A stretch of 34,421 nucleotides of DNA from an uncultured Eubacteriales bacterium (GTDB taxonomy: Bacteria > Bacillota > Clostridia > TANB77 > CAG-508), in assembly GCA_902766085.1 (NCBI GenBank), contig CACXCH010000062.1, positions 1-34,421 on the forward strand, written 5' to 3'. Positions 1 through 9,897 of this stretch are shown one piece after another. Made by a program: the position numbers and the translations under genes. The notes below the pieces were generated by a model. That model made no database searches, was not told where the DNA came from, and saw only the letters and a program-made list of their open reading frames with translations. Each line of letters opens with the position of its first letter. Position 1 is the first letter of the stretch.

Positions 1-486
1 GCAAAGCTTTCTGAATATGGCACACAATTAAGAGAAAAACAAAAAACAAAATCATACTATGGTGTTGGAGAAAAACAATTTAGAAAATATTTTGAAATGG
101 CAGCAAATTCTAAGGAAAAAACTGGTGATGAATTATTAACATTACTAGAAAGCAGATTAGACAATGTTGTATATAGATTAGGATTTGCAAGTTCAAGAAC
201 ACAAGCTAGAATGCTTGTAACACACGCAGCATTTGATGTTAACGGAAAGAAAGTTAATATTCCATCATACTTAGTAAAGGCAGGAGACGTTATTTCTGTT
301 AGAGAAATAAAGAAAGACAATGGAACAATTAAACAAGCTGTAGAAGAAAATAAGGCAAGACCTGTTCCAGCATGGTTAGAAAAAGATGCGGATAAATTAA
401 GTGGAAAAGTTGTAAGACTTGCACAAAGAGAAGATATTGATTTACCAGTTGAAGAGCACTTAATTGTTGAATTATATTCTAAATAA
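1..486 (+). CDS. rpsD: 30S ribosomal protein S4 (5' end lies upstream of the window)
   Basis: The frame of the 97..486 ORF stays open back to base 1 ([31 protein letters not shown]...). S4 RNA-binding domain sequence [52 protein letters not shown]. Conserved rpsD-rpoA-rplQ order. Confidence 0.95.
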   Translation, partial: AKLSEYGTQLREKQKTKSYYGVGEKQFRKYFEMAANSKEKTGDELLTLLESRLDNVVYRLGFASSRTQARMLVTHAAFDVNGKKVNIPSYLVKAGDVISVREIKKDNGTIKQAVEENKARPVPAWLEKDADKLSGKVVRLAQREDIDLPVEEHLIVELYSK

Positions 487-537
487 TGTTTTATAAATTT
501 TTGATGAGATAAACTCATATTATTTTAGGAGGGAAAA

Positions 538-1485
538 ATGATAGAATTTGAAAAGCCAAATATCAAATGCCTTAAAATTGATAAAGCTACAAACTATGGT
601 AAATTTGTATGTGAACCTTTGGAAAGAGGATATGGAATTACTATAGGAAATTCTTTAAGAAGAATTTTACTTTCTTCATTACCAGGCAGCGCTATTAAGA
701 GTGTAAAAATTGATGGTGCAGAACATGAATTTACAACTATTCCAAATGTTGTAGAAGATGTTCCTGAGATAATTTTAAACCTTAAGATGGTAAGGCTAAA
801 GCTTGATAAAAATGAAGAAAAGAAAATTAGAATTGATTTTAAAGGCGAAGGCGAAGTAAAGGCTGGAGATATCATTACAGATGGAACAGTAGAAATTTTA
901 AATCCCGATTTACATATTGCAACAGTTTCAAAAGGTGGAACATTGCATATTGAAATGATTGCAGATATGGGAAGAGGATATAATACAGCAGAAAAAAACA
1001 AAACAAAAAATCAACCTATTGGTGTAATTCCAATTGACTCAATTTATACACCTGTAAAAAAGGTAAATTATAGTGTAGAAAATACTAGAGTTGGTCAAAT
1101 GGTTGATTATGACAAGCTTACAATTGAAGTATGGACAGATGGAAGCTTAGAACCTTATGAAGCTTTAAGCTTAGCAGCAAAGGTTTTATCAGAACATTTG
1201 CAATTATTTGTTAATTTATCTGATGTTGCAAAAGATATGAAGGTAATGGTTGAGAAAGAAGAAGATTCAAGAGAAAAGATTCTAGAAGAACCAATTGAAA
1301 ATCTTGAGCTTTCTGTAAGATCATTTAATTGCCTAAAGAGATCTGGAATTGCAACTGTTGGAGATTTAACAAATAAAACACAAGCAGATATGATGAAAGT
1401 TAAAAATTTAGGAAAGAAATCATTAGACGAAGTAATTGAAAAATTACACGAACTTGGTTTCGATCTAAAGGAAGATGAAGAATAA
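538..1485 (+). CDS. rpoA: DNA-directed RNA polymerase subunit alpha
   Basis: 315 aa with a GGAGG Shine-Dalgarno just upstream. N-terminal domain [21 protein letters not shown]-terminal domain [22 protein letters not shown]...[12 protein letters not shown]. Lies between rpsD and rplQ. Confidence 0.97.
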   Translation: MIEFEKPNIKCLKIDKATNYGKFVCEPLERGYGITIGNSLRRILLSSLPGSAIKSVKIDGAEHEFTTIPNVVEDVPEIILNLKMVRLKLDKNEEKKIRIDFKGEGEVKAGDIITDGTVEILNPDLHIATVSKGGTLHIEMIADMGRGYNTAEKNKTKNQPIGVIPIDSIYTPVKKVNYSVENTRVGQMVDYDKLTIEVWTDGSLEPYEALSLAAKVLSEHLQLFVNLSDVAKDMKVMVEKEEDSREKILEEPIENLELSVRSFNCLKRSGIATVGDLTNKTQADMMKVKNLGKKSLDEVIEKLHELGFDLKEDEE

Positions 1486-1571
1486 TAAAAGATTAACAAA
1501 AACAATACACAGTTTGAATTTTTCATTACGAAAAACAAATATAAAGGATTAACCTTAGAAAGGAATATAAA

Positions 1572-2096
1572 ATGTCAAGTAATAGAAAATTAGGAAGACC
1601 AACAGATGCACGTATGTCTATTTTAAAAACTTTAACTACAGATTTAATTTGGCATGAAAAAATTGAAACAACTGAAGCAAGAGCTAAAGAAGTAAAAGCT
1701 ATAGCTGATAGTCTAATAGCACTTGCAATCAAAGAGCAAAACAATTTTGAAGAAGTTGATGCAAAAGTTGTTAAAGCAAAATTAGATAGCAAAGGCAATA
1801 AAGAAACAGAGCTTGTAAAAAGCAAAAATGGCAAAGAGTTTTTAAAGGTTGTAAAAGAAACAAAAACAGAAAAAAGACAAAAAGATAAACCTTCAAGACT
1901 TAACGCTAGAAGAAAAATGATGACAAAATTAAATAAAGTTAAAGATGAAGATGGAAGTAACATTGATTTAACTAATAAATTATTTAATGAAATTGCTCCA
2001 AGATATGCTTCAAGAGTTGGAGGATATACACAAATTATAAAATTAGGTCAACGTAGAGGAGACGGAGCAGAAACTGTAATTTTGAAATTAATATAA
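1572..2096 (+). CDS. rplQ: 50S ribosomal protein L17 with a long internal Lys/Glu-rich insertion
   Basis: N-terminus NRKLGRPTDARMSILKTLTTDLIWHEKIETTEARAKEV and C-terminus YASRVGGYTQIIKLGQRRGDGAETVILKLI are L17-like. 174 aa instead of the usual ~115-130. AAAGGA RBS upstream. Confidence 0.92.
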   Translation: MSSNRKLGRPTDARMSILKTLTTDLIWHEKIETTEARAKEVKAIADSLIALAIKEQNNFEEVDAKVVKAKLDSKGNKETELVKSKNGKEFLKVVKETKTEKRQKDKPSRLNARRKMMTKLNKVKDEDGSNIDLTNKLFNEIAPRYASRVGGYTQIIKLGQRRGDGAETVILKLI

Positions 2097-2107
2097 TTAT
2101 ATAAAAA

Positions 2108-2135
2108 ATGAACCAATAAAATTGGTTCATTTTTT
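2108..2135. terminator. Bidirectional intrinsic terminator shared by rplQ (+) and the convergent SDR gene (-)
   Basis: Perfect 9-bp stem atgaaccaa (2108-2116) / ttggttcat (2122-2130) with a 5-nt loop. T-run 2131-2135 on the + strand and A-run 2103-2108 (a T-run on the - strand). Confidence 0.7.
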
Positions 2136-2907
2136 ATTGTATCTTTCTTCTTTGCATAAAGAAGTTTATAAAAGCTGAAAGTTGATCAGGCAATATTTTT
2201 ACTATAACTCTATATAAAAATATTGGAATACTTGTAAAAATTAGACACATCCAATTGTTAAGTAATTTCCATACTGCAACCTTAGCAACCCATTTGCTAC
2301 TCTGTCCAGCAATTGTAAATTTAACATCAGCAACTCTATCAAAATTTGTATTAACTGGTCCAGGACACAAACAATTTATTTTTACTTTTGAGTGTTTCAT
2401 TATTAATTCTTGCTTCACACTCTGTGAAAGCCTTACTACATAAGCTTTAGTAGAATAATATGTTGCCATTAAAGGACCTGGCATAAATCCTGCAATTGAT
2501 GCAACATTTAAAATACGACCTTTGTTAACTGATACCATATCTTTTAAAAACAATTTCATTAAAATATGAAGAGCAGAAATATTAGTATTAATCATATTCA
2601 ATTCTTTATCAAGACTTGTGTCTGTAAAATAACCACAAGTACCAAAACCTGCATTGTTAACTAAAATATCAATGCAGCCAAATTCACTAAAGACTTCATC
2701 ATGCAAATTTATACAATTTTCTTTAATAACCAAATCACATTTTTTAACATAGGCTTTTACATTATAATTTTTTTCAATAAAATCTTTTAAATTAATTAAT
2801 TTTTCTTCACTTCTTGCAACTAAAATTACATCATATTTTTTCTTTGCAAGCTCAATAGCTATATCTTTTCCAATACCAGAAGAAGCTCCTGTAACTAATG
2901 CAATCAT
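2134..2907 (-). CDS. Short-chain dehydrogenase/reductase (SDR) family oxidoreductase
   Basis: 257 aa. TGASSGIG cofactor-binding motif at the N-terminus, NNAG, catalytic YSTKAY (YxxxK). Hydrophobic C-terminal tail. Confidence 0.85.
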   Translation of the reverse strand: MIALVTGASSGIGKDIAIELAKKKYDVILVARSEEKLINLKDFIEKNYNVKAYVKKCDLVIKENCINLHDEVFSEFGCIDILVNNAGFGTCGYFTDTSLDKELNMINTNISALHILMKLFLKDMVSVNKGRILNVASIAGFMPGPLMATYYSTKAYVVRLSQSVKQELIMKHSKVKINCLCPGPVNTNFDRVADVKFTIAGQSSKWVAKVAVWKLLNNWMCLIFTSIPIFLYRVIVKILPDQLSAFINFFMQRRKIQ

Positions 2908-2983
2908 TTTTTTACTTTAATGATATTAATAAAACTAACGACTATTATTAAAACCATTAACTCCCTTCTTAAAATTTTTCACA

Positions 2984-3808
2984 TTATATATCATCATGAA
3001 ATTTTTTGCAATATTTACAATTTTTACAAATCTTAACTCTGTTTGTAAAAATTTGCATTACTGCATCAATAAAATTATCCTCTGGAGAGAGTAAATGCAA
3101 CACAATCTGTCTTGGTGAAAGCGTTATTAAAGTATTAAGAACATAATCATTTTTAGAAAAATCAAAATCAGATAAAATAACATTATCTGAAATACTTTCT
3201 AACTTTATTTCATTTCCATTATCATCAAGCAAGCTTGCATTTGAATTTAAGTAAATAAGATGAATTCTATACATTTTACTATCAGAACTTTCTATATAAT
3301 TTTTTAGCAGATTTATAAATTTTTCATATTCTTTTTCAACAACAAAACTATTAATAGATTCACTTAACTTACTTTTTATTTTTTTAGTATAACTATAAAT
3401 GCCAAAATAGATAAATCCATCTAAATCAATGCACCTTTTATTATATAAATAAAACTTTAAATTTTTTTCAACACAAGATAAGCACTCATTTTCAAATGAA
3501 AGATTCTTAAATTCAAGATAAATATTATAAATATATTTTCTATCATTCTCACTAAAATAAAAATATTCATCGTCAAATATAAAGTCAACTATATTTTTCT
3601 CATAATTATCAATTATAAAATTAGAAAAATAGTAAACAAAATTATCAATTACTTTTTTATCATTATTTAAGAATAAAACATTAATAATAAAATTTTCGCC
3701 GTCCATATCTAAAGAAACACTGAAATTATCCTTCAAAGTATCATTTAAATAATCTTTAAGAAAATTTGCAGTATCATTATCAGAAATGTTTATACTAAAA
3801 GAATTCAA
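2984..3808 (-). CDS. Hypothetical protein, possibly YtxC-like (sporulation-associated family); TTG start
   Basis: 274-aa ORF. TTG start preceded by AGGAGG (complement of 3813-3818). N/Y/F/D-rich sequence with a FYFSENDRKYI segment that resembles my recollection of clostridial YtxC-like proteins. Cys-rich tail CKNCKYCKKF. The family assignment is weak. Confidence 0.5.
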   Translation of the reverse strand: MNSFSINISDNDTANFLKDYLNDTLKDNFSVSLDMDGENFIINVLFLNNDKKVIDNFVYYFSNFIIDNYEKNIVDFIFDDEYFYFSENDRKYIYNIYLEFKNLSFENECLSCVEKNLKFYLYNKRCIDLDGFIYFGIYSYTKKIKSKLSESINSFVVEKEYEKFINLLKNYIESSDSKMYRIHLIYLNSNASLLDDNGNEIKLESISDNVILSDFDFSKNDYVLNTLITLSPRQIVLHLLSPEDNFIDAVMQIFTNRVKICKNCKYCKKFHDDI

Positions 3809-4018
3809 AATTCCTCCTACACATTATAATGTATTTTTATTATAACTAGTAAATTTAAAATTATACAAAATATAATATGTAATTAAAAATCAAAGGTTCA
3901 TATTACTCATACAGCTCATTATGATTAATATTTAGAAAGTAAATATTATTTAACTATTATACTAAACTGTAAATAGTAACAATTCAAAGCCTTTAAATAA
4001 AAAAATTTTTAAATACAC

Positions 4019-4047
4019 TATACAATTTTTCTCAATAATGATATAAT
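4019..4047 (+). promoter_or_regulatory. Putative sigma-70-type promoter for mutL (extended -10)
   Basis: tataca (4019-4024), 17-nt spacer, tataat (4042-4047) preceded by TG at 4039-4040 (TGnTATAAT). Lies 34 nt upstream of the mutL start. Confidence 0.4.
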
Positions 4048-4080
4048 TCAAGCTGAATGGTTATAAATAAAGGAGAAAAT

Positions 4081-6588
4081 ATGGGAAAAATTGTACTATT
4101 AGATGATTTAACAATCAATCAAATTGCGGCTGGTGAAGTTATTGAAAGGCCAGCATCTGTTGTAAAAGAGCTTGTTGAAAACTCAATAGATGCAAAAGCT
4201 AAAAATATTACAGTTGAAATAAAAAATGGTGGAATTTCTTACATAAAAGTTACAGATGATGGAAGCGGAATATTGCCTGATGATATGGAAATTGCTTTTG
4301 AAAGACATGCAACTAGCAAAATAAGACAAGCTAAAGACCTTGATAACGTAAAATCAATGGGCTTTAGAGGTGAGGCATTGGCTAGTATTGCAGCTATTGC
4401 TAAAGTTGAGCTAGTTTCAAAAACGCCAGATTCTGATATAGGATATGTTGTGTATGCTGAAGGCGGAGATATTACAGATAAACACGAAAGCGGTGCTAAA
4501 AATGGAACCTCCATAACTGTTAAAGAGCTATTTTACAATACTCCTGTAAGGTATAAATTTTTAAAAAAAGATTTTACAGAATCTGGTTATATCGAGGATA
4601 CTATTACAAGAATTGCACTTGCCAACCCAGATGTTGCTATAAAATTGGTTAATACTGGAAAAACAGTTATTCAAACTAATGGAAGTGGTAAGCTTGAGGA
4701 TGTTGTTTATGCAATATATGGAAAGGAAGTATATGATAATATTTTACCAGTAGATTATACGTATGAAGATTATCATATAACTGGTGTAATTGGAAAGCCA
4801 ATTATTTCACGCTCAAATAGATCAAACCAATTGTTTTTTGTAAATAAGAGATTTATTAAAGATGCAACTTTAACAAGTGCTGCAGAGCAAGGGTTTAAAG
4901 GATTAGTTACAGTAGGAAAACACGGTTTTTTAATATTAAATATTGATATGGATCCAAGTAAAGTTGACGTAAATGTACATCCAACAAAACTAGAAGTTAG
5001 ATTTCAGGAAGAGTCAAAGGTCTTTAAAGCAATTTATCACGCAATAAAAGAAACACTTTTAAAAAGTGATTTAATTTCTGACCCTGTAAAAGACTACAAT
5101 GATGTTAATCAAAATGAGATTGGGAAAATAGTAAAAAATAAAGATAGAGTAGAAGCTTGGAATATAAATAAGAATATCGATGTAACTTCACAAAATTTGA
5201 CTAATAGGGTAGATAGCAAAGCAAAAGCAGTAGATTCAATAAATATCAACTCTAATATTAAAGATTTATACACAAATGGTGCAAAAAGTGTGGATTTAAA
5301 TGTGCCAAGTGGGAAGAATGTTGATGCAAATCCAATAAGTGAAACTGACGAACTAATAAACAAAATAAATACTAAAATGGCTGAAATTTTTGATGATAGT
5401 AAAGATGCTAAATCGAGAGAGGATACAACAAAAGAGGTTAATGAGCTACTTGACAAAGTAATTAAGAGAGAGGGAGGAACAAGCACTGATTTAACAGACT
5501 TAAAAAGTGCAACTGACATAGATGAAACCTTAGAACAAAATGGAAAGCTAAGTGAAGAATCCTCAATAAAAAATATAACGAACAAAGAAAAATCAAATGC
5601 TGAAACATTTGATAAAAAAATGAGCAACAATGCAGAAACGAATGTAGACTCATTTAATGTAGCAATTAAAAACAAAGAGGGATTAGATACAGAGGCAACG
5701 ACAAACGCAGATGAATTAAATCCAAAATTAGCCAATTTAAAAATAACTAATGAGCCTGCTAGCGAAAGATTTTCGGACAGCAAAGTAAGTGATGATACAA
5801 TAATTAGTAAGACTCCTCAAACAGACATACAAAATAATGAAAAAGAACTAACATTTGAAGAGAAATATAAGAAAATTTTTGGCAGAGATATTTCAGAAGC
5901 ACAAGCAGAATATAAAGACAAACTAGCCCAAGAAGAAGAAAAATATGAAACAGAGCCTATTACGGATAATGAAATTTCACTTTTTGAAGGAAAAGAGGGA
6001 CAAAAAAAACCTCCATATAATTTTGTAGGAATAGCATTTAAAACATATATTATATTAACAATCAATGATGAACTATATATACTTGACCAACATGCTGCAC
6101 ACGAAAGAATAATGTATGAAAAGGTAAAAGCTAATTATTATAATAATGGAGAGAAAGATTCCCAGCTGATGCTTTTGCCAGATGTAATAGAATTAAGTAA
6201 CAAAGAGATGGGAATATTTAGAGATAACAAGGAATTATTCAACAAGGCCGGATTTATAGTAGATGAATTTGGTGATAATACTGTTAAGCTAACAGGAGTT
6301 CCTGAATTTTGTCTTGACTTTGACACAAAAGAAATTTTTCTTGAAACATTGGACGAAATTGATACAGTTGCGAGAACTGCAAAACAGGAAAGAGAAGATA
6401 AATTTCTTGCAACAGTTGCTTGCAAAGCAGCAGTTAAAGCAAATATGGCATTAACTAAAGAGGAAGTTGATAGTTTAATGAACCAATTATTAAAACTACC
6501 TAATCCATTTAGCTGCCCACACGGAAGACCAACAGTAATAAAAATGTCTAAAACTGATATTGAAAAGAAATTTTCAAGAAGACAATAA
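4081..6588 (+). CDS. mutL: DNA mismatch repair endonuclease MutL with an unusually long linker
   Basis: Start moved to ATG 4081 (AGGAG 6 nt upstream; canonical N-terminus MGKIVLLDDLTINQIAAGEVIERPASVVKELVENSIDA). GHKL ATPase motifs (DDGSGI, GFRGEAL). C-terminal endonuclease motifs DQHAAHERIMYEK, ACKAAVKAN and CPHGRPT. miaA lies downstream as in many bacteria. Confidence 0.93.
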   Translation: MGKIVLLDDLTINQIAAGEVIERPASVVKELVENSIDAKAKNITVEIKNGGISYIKVTDDGSGILPDDMEIAFERHATSKIRQAKDLDNVKSMGFRGEALASIAAIAKVELVSKTPDSDIGYVVYAEGGDITDKHESGAKNGTSITVKELFYNTPVRYKFLKKDFTESGYIEDTITRIALANPDVAIKLVNTGKTVIQTNGSGKLEDVVYAIYGKEVYDNILPVDYTYEDYHITGVIGKPIISRSNRSNQLFFVNKRFIKDATLTSAAEQGFKGLVTVGKHGFLILNIDMDPSKVDVNVHPTKLEVRFQEESKVFKAIYHAIKETLLKSDLISDPVKDYNDVNQNEIGKIVKNKDRVEAWNINKNIDVTSQNLTNRVDSKAKAVDSININSNIKDLYTNGAKSVDLNVPSGKNVDANPISETDELINKINTKMAEIFDDSKDAKSREDTTKEVNELLDKVIKREGGTSTDLTDLKSATDIDETLEQNGKLSEESSIKNITNKEKSNAETFDKKMSNNAETNVDSFNVAIKNKEGLDTEATTNADELNPKLANLKITNEPASERFSDSKVSDDTIISKTPQTDIQNNEKELTFEEKYKKIFGRDISEAQAEYKDKLAQEEEKYETEPITDNEISLFEGKEGQKKPPYNFVGIAFKTYIILTINDELYILDQHAAHERIMYEKVKANYYNNGEKDSQLMLLPDVIELSNKEMGIFRDNKELFNKAGFIVDEFGDNTVKLTGVPEFCLDFDTKEIFLETLDEIDTVARTAKQEREDKFLATVACKAAVKANMALTKEEVDSLMNQLLKLPNPFSCPHGRPTVIKMSKTDIEKKFSRRQ

Positions 6589-6681
6589 TATAAAAATACA
6601 CAGAAAAATGAGTTAATAAAAGCTATATAAATACATACATGAGAGAAAATAAAAGACCATAAAAATACACACAAAGGAGCT
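6582..6681. repeat. Three degenerate tandem units (~35-nt period) filling the mutL / membrane-protein spacer
   Basis: ataaaaatacaca at 6590-6602 and 6660-6672, and atataaatacata at 6625-6637. aataaaag starts units at 6615 and 6648. The first unit overlaps the mutL stop and the last unit carries the AAGGAG RBS. Confidence 0.5.
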
Positions 6682-6684
6682 AAT

Positions 6685-7104
6685 ATGAGAACAATTTTAA
6701 TTGTTTCAATTATTGCAATAAATATTTTTGCAATAGTTCTTAACATAAAAATGCTAAAGGGAAGAGAAAACAATAATATAGTAACATATTTAGTAGTACA
6801 AGAAATAGTACTATTAATTATTGAAAAAATAATTTTTAACATAGCAACTATTGGCATTGATGCTGCAGTTTCTAGTACGTCCCAAAATATGATTTTATTC
6901 TTATTTCAAGGGATGAATATGATAATAATTTCTGCACCTTTTGCAAAAATTTTAGCTAATTCTAAAGAAGAAAAAAGTAAAAAGAATAAAGATTCTTTTC
7001 AAAAAAGAATTGGAATTTGGCTTGTTGTTACAATAATTATAATAATAATAGAATGCATATATATAAAGAACATAGAAAATGGAATTTTAAATATGAAAAA
7101 ATAA
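6685..7104 (+). CDS. Small hypothetical integral membrane protein
   Basis: 139 aa with AAGGAG RBS. Several hydrophobic stretches (ILIVSIIAINIFAIVL, IVLLIIEKIIFNIATIGI, ILFLFQGMNMIIISAPF, IWLVVTIIIIIIECI). No recognisable family. Confidence 0.6.
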   Translation: MRTILIVSIIAINIFAIVLNIKMLKGRENNNIVTYLVVQEIVLLIIEKIIFNIATIGIDAAVSSTSQNMILFLFQGMNMIIISAPFAKILANSKEEKSKKNKDSFQKRIGIWLVVTIIIIIIECIYIKNIENGILNMKK

Positions 7105-7130
7105 TAATTAGAATAAAAGTAGTGTGAAAA

Positions 7131-8063
7131 ATGGAGAATAAAGATAATGTAATTGTAATTTGCGGACCTACGGCATCGGGAAAAACTACACTTGGAATAA
7201 AAGTAGCAAATAAAATTAATGGAGAAATTGTTTCAGCAGATTCGATGCAAATATACAAAGAGATGAACATTGGAACTGCAAAGCCAACTAAAGAAGAACA
7301 ACAATTGTGCAAACATTATTTAATTGATTTTGTTATGCCTAATGAAAGATATAGTGTGGCTGATTTTAAAAAGCATGCAACGAGTGCAATTGAAACAATC
7401 ATAAAAAATAAAAAAGTACCAATAATTGTTGGGGGAACAGGACTTTATATTAACTCTCTTGTTTATAATATTGATTTTAATTCAGAAGGGGAAACTGACT
7501 TAAAATACAGAAAAGAGCTAGAAAAAAAGGACATTTCTGAGCTTTATGAAATGGCGAAAAATATAGATGAGACTGCTACAGACAAAATCAGCCCAAATGA
7601 CAAAAAAAGAATAATGAGAATTATTGAACTTTATCATTCCACAGGAAAAACAAAAACAGAATTAGAAAAGGAATCAATGAAAGAAAACAAATACAATTAT
7701 AAAATTTTTGTTTTAAACTGGGATAGAGAAAAGCTTTATGAGAGAATTAACTTAAGAGTTGACTTAATGATTCAAAATGGACTAATTGAAGAGGTGCAAA
7801 ATTTATTAAAAAAATATAATGAATTTCCAACATCTTTTCAGGGACTTGGATACAAGGAAGTAAAAGAATATCTTGATGGTAAACTAACTAAAGAAGAAAT
7901 GATTGAAAAGATAAAACAGGAAAGCAGAAGATATGCAAAAAGACAAATAACTTGGTTTAAAAGATATAAAAATGCGATCTGGCTAGATGGAGAAAACAAC
8001 AATAATGAACAAATTATTTTGGAGGATTTAGGTGAAGAACAACAAAAGCAAAAAAACTCATAA
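7131..8063 (+). CDS. miaA: tRNA dimethylallyltransferase
   Basis: 310 aa. P-loop ICGPTASGKT followed by SADSMQIYKEMNIGTAKPT, then GGTGLYINSL. Conserved mutL-miaA neighbourhood. Confidence 0.93.
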   Translation: MENKDNVIVICGPTASGKTTLGIKVANKINGEIVSADSMQIYKEMNIGTAKPTKEEQQLCKHYLIDFVMPNERYSVADFKKHATSAIETIIKNKKVPIIVGGTGLYINSLVYNIDFNSEGETDLKYRKELEKKDISELYEMAKNIDETATDKISPNDKKRIMRIIELYHSTGKTKTELEKESMKENKYNYKIFVLNWDREKLYERINLRVDLMIQNGLIEEVQNLLKKYNEFPTSFQGLGYKEVKEYLDGKLTKEEMIEKIKQESRRYAKRQITWFKRYKNAIWLDGENNNNEQIILEDLGEEQQKQKNS

Positions 8064-9297
8064 AATTAAATTAATACTATTTAGATTTTTTTTAATAATA
8101 ATTGCTTTAACTGTATGCATAGCTGTTTTTAGATCGGTATTTGTACTTATTAAGAATCCAACAGATAGTTTTGCGGTAAAAAATGGTACGATCTCAAAAG
8201 AGGAAAACGACATTGGGTATATTATTAGAGATGAAACTGTTGTAACTGGAGATAATTACAAAAATGGAATGGAAAAAATTATTGATGAGGGACAAAAAGC
8301 TGCAAAAAATGAAAAAATTTTCAGATATTATTTAAACGGAGAAGATGAACTAAAAAATAAGATTGCAGATATTGACAAACAGATAGAAGGACTTATGCAA
8401 GATAATACTGAAAATTTAACATCTGCAGATATAAAACTTTTAAATGTAAATATTGAAGAAGAACTTAGCAAAGTTAATGACTTAAATAGTATTCAAAAAA
8501 TTGCTAGAAGCAAAAACACACTCATAGAAAATTTGAAAAAGAAGGCACAAATTGCAGGAGAATTAAGTCCAAGTGGCTCAAAACTTAAAGAACTTGTAAA
8601 CGAAAGAGCAGAATACGAGAACCAGTTAACTAAAAATGCTGAATATATTTCTGCACCTGAAAGTGGACTAGTATCTTATAGAGTAGATGGCTTTGAGGAA
8701 AAACTGACTATTACAGATTTTTCAAAATATAATATTAATTTTTTGAATGGACTAAATATAAAATCAGGACAAATAATTACAGAAAGTAATGAAGAAGGAA
8801 AAATTGTAAATAGTTATGATTGCTATATTGCAATAAATTCAAAAACCGATGAAGCTAAAAGTGCTAAAGTTGGAAGAAAAGTAACTATAGTATTACCTAG
8901 TACAAAAAAAGTAGAGGCAAAAATTAGCTACATAATTAATGAGGATGATGGCTCTGTAACGTTATTTTTAAACTTTCACGAGGGGATAGATGAACTTTTA
9001 CAATACAGAAAGACATCATTTGACATAATATGGTGGAATGCATCAGGATATAAAATACCAAATTCTGCCATAATAACACAAAATGATTTAAATTATGTTA
9101 TAAGGACCAAAAATGGATATTTGGAAAAAGTACTTATAAAAATAAAAAAGCAAACAGATGATTATTCAATTGTTACAAACTATAGTTCGTCTGAAATAAA
9201 GGAATTGACAATCGATAAAAACGTTAAAACTTCAATAGTTTTATATGACGAAATATTACTAAAACCGACAGAAAATCAAATAAATTCGACAAAATAA
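8032..9297 (+). CDS. Membrane-anchored hypothetical protein with coiled-coil and beta-barrel-like regions (possibly HlyD/membrane-fusion-like)
   Basis: 421 aa. GTG start at 8032 with GGAGG at 8021-8025, overlapping the miaA end by 32 nt. One N-terminal TM segment (LILFRFFLIIIALTVCIAVF), a central Lys/Glu coiled coil, then a beta-rich C-terminal half. The family call rests on architecture only. Confidence 0.55.
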   Translation: MKNNKSKKTHKIKLILFRFFLIIIALTVCIAVFRSVFVLIKNPTDSFAVKNGTISKEENDIGYIIRDETVVTGDNYKNGMEKIIDEGQKAAKNEKIFRYYLNGEDELKNKIADIDKQIEGLMQDNTENLTSADIKLLNVNIEEELSKVNDLNSIQKIARSKNTLIENLKKKAQIAGELSPSGSKLKELVNERAEYENQLTKNAEYISAPESGLVSYRVDGFEEKLTITDFSKYNINFLNGLNIKSGQIITESNEEGKIVNSYDCYIAINSKTDEAKSAKVGRKVTIVLPSTKKVEAKISYIINEDDGSVTLFLNFHEGIDELLQYRKTSFDIIWWNASGYKIPNSAIITQNDLNYVIRTKNGYLEKVLIKIKKQTDDYSIVTNYSSSEIKELTIDKNVKTSIVLYDEILLKPTENQINSTK

Positions 9298-9426
9298 TGT
9301 TACAATAATGTTACGAAATGTTTAAATTAAAATGACATCTCGAAAAAAACATTGACAATAAAACAAAAAAGTAAGATACTTTATATAGGTTTTTACAAAT
9401 GAGAATTAGGAGGTTATTATAAAAAA

Positions 9427-9882
9427 ATGTCAAACGTTGTTAATAAGTTATGGAATATGTTCAATATGAACCAAGGAGATGATACAGAGGATACTGACTA
9501 TGGAGATGGTTATATAGAAGATCCTGAATACGAAGATGAAGAAAGCAAGGGACTATTTGGTAGTAGAAAATCCACAAAAAATACTGTTCAACCTGTTAAG
9601 GTTGTTATTATGCAACCAACCAAATTTGAGAATGCAGAAGAGATATGTGATTTATTAAGAGAGAAAAAGGCTATAATAATTAACCTTGAATACGTAAACA
9701 AAGATGAAGCAAGAAGAATCATTGATGTTATTAGTGGGGCTGCACATGTTCTAGATGGATATATGCAAAAGATTTCAAATTCAATATTCTTAATAGCTCC
9801 ATATAATTATGATATCACTTCTGAAACAAAAGATGAGGCAAAGAGCAAATTACCTGTTTCTTGGCTAAAGAATAATGACTAA
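9427..9882 (+). CDS. sepF: Cell division protein SepF
   Basis: 151 aa. Acidic disordered N-terminal part, then the conserved SepF core VKVVIMQPTKFENAEEICDLLREKKAIIINLEYVNKDEARRIIDVISGAAHVLDGYMQKISNSIFLIAP. divIVA follows. Confidence 0.88.
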   Translation: MSNVVNKLWNMFNMNQGDDTEDTDYGDGYIEDPEYEDEESKGLFGSRKSTKNTVQPVKVVIMQPTKFENAEEICDLLREKKAIIINLEYVNKDEARRIIDVISGAAHVLDGYMQKISNSIFLIAPYNYDITSETKDEAKSKLPVSWLKNND

Positions 9883-9897
9883 TTAAGGAGGGCGAAC

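Noticed and set aside
57-518. 153-aa ORF antisense to rpsD. Similar antisense ORFs occur at 594-1001, 1155-1538 and 1526-1963.
   Set aside because: They lie fully inside well-supported ribosomal/RNAP genes on the other strand. They have S/F/L/T-rich shadow-frame composition, no RBS and no recognisable motifs.
4057-4080. Upstream ATG (4057) as the mutL start.
   Set aside because: The AGGAG RBS lies inside those 8 codons and is correctly spaced for ATG 4081, which also gives the canonical MutL N-terminus.
5109-6857. Long antisense ORFs (5109-5783, 5817-6065, 6138-6857) opposite mutL and the small membrane-protein gene.
   Set aside because: These are typical open shadow frames opposite Lys/Glu/Asn-rich coding sequence in an AT-rich genome. 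No start context or family signal.
8032-9297. HlyD-like protein as part of an efflux/secretion system.
   Set aside because: There is no adjacent ABC/RND/MFS transporter or outer-membrane component. The neighbours are miaA and sepF, so only a generic architecture-based description is justified.
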